DNA of 64,000 nucleotides from Escherichia coli (GTDB lineage Bacteria; Pseudomonadota; Gammaproteobacteria; Enterobacterales; Enterobacteriaceae): NCBI RefSeq assembly GCF_017348835.2, contig NZ_CP071375.1; one strand, 5' to 3'. Shown piece by piece: positions 57,280 to 64,000 of this stretch (position 1 is its first letter; each line of letters starts with the position of its first letter). The notes under the pieces were generated by a model. It saw only the letters and a program-made list of their open reading frames with translations, ran no database searches and was not told where the DNA came from. The position numbers and the translations under genes were made by a program.

Positions 57280-57355
57280 GGGTGATTAGCTCAGTTGGTA
57301 GAGCAGTTGACTTTTAATCAATTGGTCGCAGGTTCGAATCCTGCACGACCCACCA
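57280..57355 (+). tRNA. Chimeric tRNA gene: tRNA-Val 5' acceptor strand (GGGTGAT) fused to a tRNA-Lys(UUU) body and 3' end; function uncertain (possible pseudo-tRNA)
   Basis: 76 nt GGGTGATTAGCTCAGTTGGTAGAGCAGTTGACTTTTAATCAATTGGTCGCAGGTTCGAATCCTGCACGACCCACCA. The upstream flank (GTAGTATCCAACGCAGTATC) resembles the valT flank. The acceptor stem has G5-G68 and A6-C67 mismatches. Confidence 0.75.
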
Positions 57356-57435
57356 ATTTTAACATCAAACTCAGATGTTAAGCGTGAAGGATAACGTTGC
57401 GCCAGCAACGGCCCGTAGGGCGAGCGAAGCGAGTC

Positions 57436-57453
57436 ATCCTGCACGACCCACCA
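57436..57453 (+). other. Isolated 18-nt copy of the tRNA-Lys 3' end within the long spacer
   Basis: ATCCTGCACGACCCACCA is identical to the last 18 nt of the Lys genes, preceded by unrelated GC-rich sequence. No 5' half of a tRNA is present. Confidence 0.85.
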
Positions 57454-57501
57454 ATCTTAAAGATTGGCCCCGAGTAAAAATCTTTCAGGTAACACCCGTA
57501 T

Positions 57502-57577
57502 GGGTCGTTAGCTCAGTTGGTAGAGCAGTTGACTTTTAATCAATTGGTCGCAGGTTCGAATCCTGCACGACCCACCA
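57502..57577 (+). tRNA. lysZ: tRNA-Lys (anticodon UUU)
   Basis: Identical 76-nt Lys sequence. The symbol is given by position relative to the K-12 order. Confidence 0.95.
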
Positions 57578-57610
57578 TCCTGAATGATTAAAGCAGCATA
57601 ATCCCGCAAG

Positions 57611-57686
57611 GGGTCGTTAGCTCAGTTGGTAGAGCAGTTGACTTTTAATCAATTGGTCGCAGGTTCGAATCCTGCACGACCCACCA
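57611..57686 (+). tRNA. lysQ: tRNA-Lys (anticodon UUU)
   Basis: Identical 76-nt Lys sequence; last gene before the operon terminator. Confidence 0.95.
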
Positions 57687-57695
57687 ATGTAAGAA

Positions 57696-57717
57696 AGCGC
57701 CCTAAAGGCGCTTTTTT
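57696..57717 (+). terminator. Rho-independent terminator of the tRNA operon
   Basis: AGCGCC-ctaaa-GGCGCT followed by TTTTTT. Confidence 0.85.
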
Positions 57718-57873
57718 GCTATTCAGGCATCCCTCAATTTAACTTTGTAAACCTGATGACATAGTCAGAGCTTACTGTGCAAGCAACTCTATGTCGGTGG
57801 AATTAGGCGTAAAATGACGCATCCTGCACATTAGGCGTAATTCGAGTGACTTTTCCCCACCATTCGACTATCT

Positions 57874-57891
57874 TGTTTAGCATATAAAACA
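57874..57891. promoter_or_regulatory. Candidate NadR operator upstream of nadA
   Basis: TGTTTAgcatatAAAACA is an imperfect palindrome of TGTTTA/TAAACA type, about 70 nt upstream of the nadA ATG. nadA-pnuC is a known NadR target. Confidence 0.5.
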
Positions 57892-57963
57892 AATTACACC
57901 GATAACAGCGAATATGACGCTTATGTCGGTTTTAACGTTAAGCCTGTAAAACGAGATGGTAAG

Positions 57964-59007
57964 ATGAGCGTGATGTTTGATCCAGACACGGCGATTTATC
58001 CTTTCCCCCCGAAGCCGACGCCGTTAAGCATTGATGAAAAAGCGTATTACCGCGAGAAGATAAAACGTCTGCTAAAAGAACGTAATGCGGTGATGGTTGC
58101 CCATTACTATACCGATCCCGAAATTCAACAACTGGCAGAAGAAACCGGTGGCTGTATTTCTGATTCTCTGGAAATGGCGCGTTTCGGTGCAAAGCATCCC
58201 GCTTCTACGTTGTTAGTCGCTGGGGTGAGATTTATGGGAGAAACCGCCAAAATTCTCAGTCCGGAAAAAACAATTCTGATGCCGACACTTCAGGCTGAAT
58301 GTTCACTGGATCTCGGCTGCCCTGTTGAAGAATTTAACGCATTTTGCGATGCCCATCCCGATCATACTGTCGTCGTCTACGCCAACACTTCTGCTGCGGT
58401 AAAAGCGCGGGCAGATTGGGTGGTAACTTCAAGCATTGCCGTCGAACTTATTGATCATCTGGATAGTTTGGGTGAAAAAATCATCTGGGCACCCGACAAA
58501 CATCTGGGGCGTTACGTGCAAAAAAAGACGGGCGCAGACATTTTATGCTGGCAGGGTGCCTGCATTGTGCATGATGAGTTTAAGACTCAGGCGTTAACCC
58601 GCTTGCAAGAAGAATATCCGGATGCTGCCATACTGGTGCATCCAGAATCACCACAAGCTATTGTCGATATGGCGGATGCGGTCGGTTCCACCAGTCAACT
58701 GATCGCTGCTGCAAAAGCATTGCCTCATCAGAGGCTTATTGTGGCAACCGATCGGGGTATTTTCTACAAAATGCAGCAGGCGGTGCCAGATAAAGAGTTA
58801 CTGGAAGCACCAACCGCAGGTGAGGGCGCAACCTGTCGCAGCTGCGCGCATTGTCCGTGGATGGCCATGAATGGCCTTCAGGCCATCGCAGAGGCATTAG
58901 AACAGGAAGGAAGCAATCACGAGGTTCATGTTGATGAAAGGCTGCGAGAGAGGGCGCTGGTGCCGCTCAATCGTATGCTGGATTTTGCGGCTACACTACG
59001 TGGATAA
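57964..59007 (+). CDS. nadA: Quinolinate synthase A
   Basis: 347-aa [52 protein letters not shown]..., including the C-terminal Cys motif [10 protein letters not shown]. Confidence 0.97.
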   Translation: MSVMFDPDTAIYPFPPKPTPLSIDEKAYYREKIKRLLKERNAVMVAHYYTDPEIQQLAEETGGCISDSLEMARFGAKHPASTLLVAGVRFMGETAKILSPEKTILMPTLQAECSLDLGCPVEEFNAFCDAHPDHTVVVYANTSAAVKARADWVVTSSIAVELIDHLDSLGEKIIWAPDKHLGRYVQKKTGADILCWQGACIVHDEFKTQALTRLQEEYPDAAILVHPESPQAIVDMADAVGSTSQLIAAAKALPHQRLIVATDRGIFYKMQQAVPDKELLEAPTAGEGATCRSCAHCPWMAMNGLQAIAEALEQEGSNHEVHVDERLRERALVPLNRMLDFAATLRG

Positions 59008-59044
59008 CGAATAATAAGGCGTAACGTTACGCTTTGGGGGAAAG

Positions 59045-59764
59045 ATGGATTTTTTTAGTGTGCAGAATATCCTGGTACATATACCAATAGGGGCAGGCGG
59101 TTATGATCTCTCATGGATCGAAGCGGTAGGCACGATCGCCGGGTTGCTGTGTATTGGCCTTGCCAGTCTGGAGAAGATCAGCAACTACTTCTTTGGCCTG
59201 ATCAACGTCACCTTGTTTGGCATTATTTTCTTTCAGATTCAGCTGTATGCCAGCCTGCTATTACAGGTGTTTTTCTTTGCCGCGAATATTTACGGTTGGT
59301 ATGCGTGGTCGCGACAAACCAGTCAGAACGAGGCGGAGTTGAAAATTCGCTGGTTGCCATTGCCGAAGGCGCTAAGCTGGTTGGCGGTTTGCGTTGTTTC
59401 GATTGGTCTGATGACGGTATTTATCAATCCGGTGTTTGCATTTTTGACCCGCGTGGCAGTCATGATCATGCAAGCATTAGGATTACAGGTTGTGATGCCT
59501 GAACTGCAACCGGACGCTTTCCCGTTCTGGGATTCATGCATGATGGTGTTATCTATCGTGGCAATGATTCTGATGACGCGTAAGTATGTGGAAAACTGGC
59601 TGTTGTGGGTGATTATTAACGTGATTAGCGTCGTTATTTTTGCACTTCAGGGCGTTTACGCCATGTCTCTGGAGTACATCATCCTGACCTTTATTGCGCT
59701 CAACGGCAGCCGGATGTGGATCAACAGCGCACGTGAAAGAGGCTCACGCGCGCTGTCCCATTAA
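59045..59764 (+). CDS. pnuC: Nicotinamide riboside transporter PnuC
   Basis: 239-aa polytopic ORF directly after nadA. Confidence 0.95.
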   Translation: MDFFSVQNILVHIPIGAGGYDLSWIEAVGTIAGLLCIGLASLEKISNYFFGLINVTLFGIIFFQIQLYASLLLQVFFFAANIYGWYAWSRQTSQNEAELKIRWLPLPKALSWLAVCVVSIGLMTVFINPVFAFLTRVAVMIMQALGLQVVMPELQPDAFPFWDSCMMVLSIVAMILMTRKYVENWLLWVIINVISVVIFALQGVYAMSLEYIILTFIALNGSRMWINSARERGSRALSH

Positions 59765-60702
59765 TGGTGATGATGTGAATGGCCAGACACCCCTTCATTC
59801 AGGTGGCAGTCTGGCCCATGACAAGGTTGATATTCCATCTGAATGGTGGCGTGCTCAATCTGATAGTGATCCATCAGGTAGTGTTGGATATGATCTAACA
59901 AGGCATCGTGATCGTGTGGCGGGATCACCTGCACATGCAGCGTCATCACCGGCTTCTCGCCTACCATCCATACATGTACATGGTGCACATTGCGGACTTC
60001 CGGGATTTCCCGGCACATACGACGCTTCAGTTCAGCGATATCCAGCGATACCGGTGCACCCTCAAGTAATTCATTCACGCTATCTTTCAACAGTCGCCAC
60101 GCGCTACGCAGAACCAGAAGCGACACCAGTATCGAGAGAATGGGGTCAGCAGGTGTCCAGCCGGTCCAGATAATAATCAACGCGGCAATAATAGCCCCAA
60201 CCGAACCCAGCAGGTCCCCGAGCACATGCAGTGCCGCTGCTCGTACGTTGAGGTTTTTCTCTTCGCTGCCGTGATGAAGTAACCAGAAAGAAAGTATATT
60301 TGCCAGCAACCCAGCCACGGCAATTGCCATCATCATGCCGCCCTCGACCGGACGCGGCGTGCGGAAGCGTTCTATCGCCTCCCAGACAATCAAAATGGTA
60401 ATTACCACGAGGGCGATGGCATTCACAAACGCCGCGAGCGTGGTCAGTCTTAGCCAACCGAAAGTGTGGCGAATGGTGGGAGGACGACGTGAAAATTGCA
60501 CGGCGAGTAGGGCGAAAAGCAGGGCGGCAGTATCGGTCAACATATGACCCGCATCGGCCAGCAAAGCCAGAGAACCAGAAAGAAAACCACCAATGACTTC
60601 TACCAGCATAAACCCGGCAGTCACGCCGAAAGCATACAACAAGCGACGAGCATTATTATCTTCTGGCAGGTGTGAGGACGTGTGTGAGTGTGAGTGCGCC
60701 AT
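59761..60702 (-). CDS. zitB: Zinc/cation diffusion facilitator ZitB
   Basis: 313-aa ORF with His-rich termini ([11 protein letters not shown]..., ...GHSHHHH) and CDF TM motifs ([18 protein letters not shown]). Confidence 0.96.
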   Translation of the reverse strand: MAHSHSHTSSHLPEDNNARRLLYAFGVTAGFMLVEVIGGFLSGSLALLADAGHMLTDTAALLFALLAVQFSRRPPTIRHTFGWLRLTTLAAFVNAIALVVITILIVWEAIERFRTPRPVEGGMMMAIAVAGLLANILSFWLLHHGSEEKNLNVRAAALHVLGDLLGSVGAIIAALIIIWTGWTPADPILSILVSLLVLRSAWRLLKDSVNELLEGAPVSLDIAELKRRMCREIPEVRNVHHVHVWMVGEKPVMTLHVQVIPPHDHDALLDHIQHYLMDHYQIEHATIQMEYQPCHGPDCHLNEGVSGHSHHHH

Positions 60703-60815
60703 GACGAGTCATCCCTTAATTATTCTCACTTAACTTTATGACATCATACTGCTTTTAGAAGTGAAAAATTAAAAGGGAGAGACTCCGCTCTCCCATTATT
60801 GGCTATTTTGCAGGG

Positions 60816-61196
60816 TTACTGCGTGGTACCGTCGGTTTTGGTATCGACATCATTATTGATGCCATCACCGGTTTGTACCTTTTTATTGATATCCGGGCAG
60901 CGACCATCTTTGCACATGGTGTTCTTGTGCTCTTCATCTTTGGTCATGCCGTCATTGTTCATTGAAGAACCATCCGAATGCAGCATTGTGCCGCCAGAAC
61001 CGGTATTTACCCCGTTATTGTCGACGTTATTTGGCGCGACATTTTCACGGGCGTCAGGGGCTACCTGGCCCGCATCAGCGGCGGCGTTTGCCTGGCCGTT
61101 ATTAGTTTGCGCTCCGCTATCGGCAGCCAGTGCGGCACCGCTGGCAAGGCTTAGAGTGGCAGTCAGAAATAGTGTGGCCAGTTTTGTCATTTTCAT
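60816..61196 (-). CDS. ybgS: Periplasmic low-complexity protein YbgS
   Basis: 126-aa ORF with a signal peptide ([24 protein letters not shown]) and an Asn/Gly/Asp-rich body. Confidence 0.9.
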
Positions 61197-61423
61197 AGGA
61201 TGCTCCTGTTATGGTCGTTATGTCGGATAACCTCTTCCAACAGTGCATTTGCAGGTGAATATAAGGCATTGGTTTAAGATTTCAGCCAGGTTATGAAACG
61301 CAGCAGAGAATCTTGAAATAATTAACAAACAAAGGAGTTACAGTTAGAAATTGTAGGAGAGATCTCGTTTTTCGCGACAATCTGGCGTTTTTCTTGCTAA
61401 TTCCAGGATTAATCCGTTCATAG

Positions 61424-61441
61424 TGTAAAACCCCGTTTACA
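61424..61441. promoter_or_regulatory. TyrR box upstream of aroG
   Basis: TGTAAAaccccgTTTACA is a perfect match to TGTAAA-N6-TTTACA, about 70 nt upstream of the aroG ATG. aroG is a known TyrR-repressed gene. Confidence 0.75.
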
Positions 61442-61511
61442 CATTCTGACGGAAGATATAGATTGGAAGTATTGCATTCACTAAGATAAGTATGGCAACA
61501 CTGGAACAGAC

Positions 61512-62564
61512 ATGAATTATCAGAACGACGATTTACGCATCAAAGAAATCAAAGAGTTACTTCCTCCTGTCGCATTGCTGGAAAAATTCCCCGCTACTGA
61601 AAATGCCGCGAATACGGTTGCCCATGCCCGAAAAGCGATCCATAAGATCCTGAAAGGTAATGATGATCGCCTGTTGGTGGTGATTGGCCCGTGCTCAATT
61701 CATGATCCTGTCGCGGCAAAAGAGTATGCCACTCGCTTGCTGGCGCTGCGTGAAGAGCTGAAAGATGAGCTGGAAATCGTAATGCGCGTCTATTTTGAAA
61801 AGCCGCGTACCACGGTGGGCTGGAAAGGGCTGATTAACGATCCGCATATGGATAACAGCTTCCAGATCAACGACGGTCTGCGTATTGCCCGTAAATTGCT
61901 GCTTGATATTAACGACAGCGGTCTGCCAGCGGCGGGTGAGTTTCTCGATATGATCACCCCACAATATCTCGCTGACCTGATGAGCTGGGGCGCAATTGGC
62001 GCACGTACCACCGAATCGCAGGTGCACCGCGAACTGGCATCAGGGCTTTCTTGTCCGGTCGGCTTCAAAAATGGCACCGACGGTACGATTAAAGTGGCTA
62101 TCGATGCCATTAATGCCGCCGGTGCGCCGCACTGCTTCCTGTCCGTAACGAAATGGGGGCATTCGGCGATTGTGAATACCAGCGGTAACGGCGATTGCCA
62201 TATCATTCTGCGCGGCGGTAAAGAGCCTAACTACAGTGCGAAGCACGTTGCTGAAGTGAAAGAAGGGCTGAACAAAGCAGGCCTGCCAGCACAGGTGATG
62301 ATCGATTTCAGCCATGCTAATTCGTCCAAACAATTCAAAAAGCAGATGGATGTTTGTGCTGACGTTTGCCAGCAGATTGCCGGTGGCGAAAAGGCCATTA
62401 TTGGCGTGATGGTGGAAAGCCATCTGGTGGAAGGCAATCAGAGCCTCGAGAGCGGGGAGCCGCTGGCCTACGGTAAGAGCATCACCGATGCCTGCATTGG
62501 CTGGGAAGATACCGATGCTCTGTTACGTCAACTGGCGAATGCAGTAAAAGCGCGTCGCGGGTAA
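61512..62564 (+). CDS. aroG: Phe-sensitive 3-deoxy-7-phosphoheptulonate (DAHP) synthase
   Basis: 350-aa ORF MNYQNDDLRIKEIKELLPPVALLEKFPATENAANTVAHARKAIHKILKGNDDRLLVVIGPCSIHD... Confidence 0.98.
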   Translation: MNYQNDDLRIKEIKELLPPVALLEKFPATENAANTVAHARKAIHKILKGNDDRLLVVIGPCSIHDPVAAKEYATRLLALREELKDELEIVMRVYFEKPRTTVGWKGLINDPHMDNSFQINDGLRIARKLLLDINDSGLPAAGEFLDMITPQYLADLMSWGAIGARTTESQVHRELASGLSCPVGFKNGTDGTIKVAIDAINAAGAPHCFLSVTKWGHSAIVNTSGNGDCHIILRGGKEPNYSAKHVAEVKEGLNKAGLPAQVMIDFSHANSSKQFKKQMDVCADVCQQIAGGEKAIIGVMVESHLVEGNQSLESGEPLAYGKSITDACIGWEDTDALLRQLANAVKARRG

Positions 62565-62594
62565 TTTATAGTCGAATCGCCATGACTGTACATT

Positions 62595-62631
62595 TGTAGC
62601 CCTGATAAGACGCGCAGCGTCGCATCAGGCA
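62595..62631. repeat. REP element after aroG
   Basis: TGTAGCCCTGATAAGACGCGCAGCGTCGCATCAGGCA. Confidence 0.85.
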
Positions 62632-62663
62632 ATGTGCTCCATTGTTAGCAACGACAAACAAAA

Positions 62664-62698
62664 AGCCGACTCACTTGCAGTCGGCTTTCTCATTTTTA
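62664..62698. terminator. Bidirectional rho-independent terminator between convergent aroG and gpmA
   Basis: AGCCGACT-cacttgc-AGTCGGCT stem-loop. It is flanked by AAAAA on the left (a T run for the minus-strand gpmA) and TTTCTCATTTTT on the right. Confidence 0.85.
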
Positions 62699-62710
62699 AA
62701 CGAATGATGT

Positions 62711-63463
62711 TTACTTCGCTTTACCCTGGTTAGCCACCGCCGCTGCTTTCGCTGCGATCTCGTCAGCATTACCCAGATAATAGCGTTTCAGCGGTTTGAA
62801 ATTCTCGTCGAACTCATACACCAGTGGCACACCAGTCGGGATATTCAGCTCAAGAATCTCTTCTTCGCTCATATTATCGAGATATTTCACCAGCGCACGC
62901 AGGGAGTTACCGTGTGCAGCGATGATCACGCGCTCACCGCTCTTCATACGCGGCAGAATGGTTTCATTCCAGTAAGGGATCACGCGGTCAATGGTCAGCG
63001 CCAGGCTTTCCGTCAGCGGCAGTTCTTTCTCGCTCAGTTTCGCGTAACGCGGATCGTGACCCGGATAACGCTCATCATCTTTAGTCAGTTCCGGCGGAGT
63101 CACAGCAAAACCACGACGCCACTGTTTCACCTGCTCGTCGCCATACTTTTCAGCAGTTTCCGCTTTGTTCAGACCCTGCAACGCACCGTAGTGACGTTCG
63201 TTCAGTTTCCAGGATTTCTCAACGGGCAGCCATGCCTGATCCAGTTCGTCCAGCACATTCCACAGGGTATGGATAGCGCGTTTCAGCACAGAGGTGTAAG
63301 CAAAGTCAAAGCTGTAACCTTCCTCTTTCAGCAGCTTACCTGCTGCTTTTGCTTCGCTTACGCCTTTCTCAGACAGATCCACGTCGTACCAACCGGTGAA
63401 ACGGTTTTCTTTGTTCCACTGACTTTCGCCATGACGAACCAGAACCAGCTTAGTTACAGCCAT
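62711..63463 (-). CDS. gpmA: 2,3-bisphosphoglycerate-dependent phosphoglycerate mutase
   Basis: Track ORF 62711..63478 trimmed to the ATG at 63463 ([25 protein letters not shown]...; catalytic RHGE motif), giving 250 aa. Confidence 0.96.
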
Positions 63464-63488
63464 ATACTTACTCCTCAAATCATCTTTT

Positions 63489-63509
63489 AATGATAATAAT
63501 TCTCATTAT
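63489..63509. promoter_or_regulatory. Fur-box-like sequence upstream of gpmA
   Basis: AATGATAATAATTCTCATTAT resembles the GATAATGATAATCATTATC consensus and lies about 30 nt upstream of the gpmA ATG. gpmA is reported as Fur-regulated. Confidence 0.5.
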
Positions 63510-63664
63510 ATTGCCGTGACGAAGCAACAGCAATGCTTACGCATAACCATAGCGAAAATAGTGGCGCAGTGTAAGGTTGTTGTGAATATTGAGTTGCAAA
63601 TATGTCGGTGTTTGCTGGTGATTTGAACAATATGAGATAAAGCCCTCATGACGAGGGCTTAACA

Positions 63665-64000
63665 TTACTCAGCAATAAACTGATATTCTGTCAGGCTGGA
63701 ATACTCTTCGCCAGGACGCAGGAAGCAGTCCGGTTGCGGCCATTCAGGGTGGTTCGGGCTGTCCGGCAGAAACTCGCTTTCCAACGCCAGCCCTTGCCAG
63801 TCGGCGTAAGGTTCGGTTCCTCTTGATGGTGTGCCGCCGAGGAAGTTGCCGGAGTAGAATTGCAGAGCCGGAGCGGTGGTGTAGACCTTCAGCTGCAATT
63901 TTTCATCTGCTGACCAGACATGCGCCGCCACTTTCTTGCCATCGCCTTTGGCCTGTAACAAGAACGCGTGATCGTAACCTTTCACTTTGCGCTGATCGTC
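63665..64000 (-). CDS. galM: Aldose 1-epimerase (galactose mutarotase), C-terminal part only; gene continues past the window end
   Basis: Minus-strand frame is open from the window end to the TAA at 63665-63667, ending ...PGEEYSSLTEYQFIAE. The track lists only the part from an internal Met (63665..63985). Confidence 0.9.
   Translation of the reverse strand, partial: DDQRKVKGYDHAFLLQAKGDGKKVAAHVWSADEKLQLKVYTTAPALQFYSGNFLGGTPSRGTEPYADWQGLALESEFLPDSPNHPEWPQPDCFLRPGEEYSSLTEYQFIAE

Noticed and set aside
57436-57453. The tRNA-Lys 3' fragment as an attL/attR scar of an integrated phage or island
   Set aside because: No integrase, excisionase or foreign cargo lies nearby, and the fragment sits within a 146-nt spacer between intact tRNA genes. 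An operon-internal repeat, like the tyrT-type duplications, is the simpler explanation.
56964-57686. Regularly spaced, near-identical 76-nt repeats that could be mistaken for a CRISPR-like array
   Set aside because: The repeats fold as canonical tRNA-Lys and tRNA-Val cloverleaves with encoded CCA. The repeat length and unequal spacers do not fit CRISPR, and there are no cas genes in the window.

Overview
Escherichia coli-type chromosome covering kdpD to galM (the K-12 16-17 min region). Most of the window is ordinary, tightly packed core genome. In order it holds kdpFABCD, ybfA, ybgA-phr, dtpD, ybgI-pxpBCA-nei, abrB and the ybgOPQD chaperone-usher fimbrial operon. These are followed by gltA, sdhCDAB-sucABCD with the 3'UTR sRNA SdhX, cydABX-ybgE, ybgC-tolQRA, tolB-pal-cpoB, a Lys/Val tRNA operon, nadA-pnuC, zitB, ybgS, aroG, gpmA and galM. 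REP/BIME clusters, several clear rho-independent terminators and a few textbook operator sequences (KdpE, FNR, TyrR, NadR, Fur) are readable by eye. Two differences from the K-12 map as I remember it stand out: no RhsC element lies between ybfA and ybgA, and the sucD-cydA interval is not mngR-mngAB. That interval (about 33.5-47.1 kb) is instead a roughly 13.5-kb accessory segment with three parts. (i) A LysR-type regulator. (ii) A nine-gene minus-strand cluster: coenzyme-B12-dependent glutamate mutase (S, L and E components), 3-methylaspartate ammonia-lyase, an uncharacterised AtuA-like/DUF4387-like pair, a DAACS transporter, the class I fumarase/mesaconase FumD and a corrinoid adenosyltransferase. 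(iii) Two AT-rich orphan ORFs (314 and 140 aa) that I cannot place in any family. The items most worth follow-up are the unknown gene pair translationally coupled to methylaspartase (the cluster has no citramalate-cleaving enzyme), the AT-rich two-gene cassette, and a chimeric tRNA gene (Val 5' end fused to a Lys body) in the tRNA operon. No CRISPR array, IS element, integrase or prophage gene was seen. All family assignments come from reading the translations and from memory of E. coli and Clostridium proteins; no search was run.
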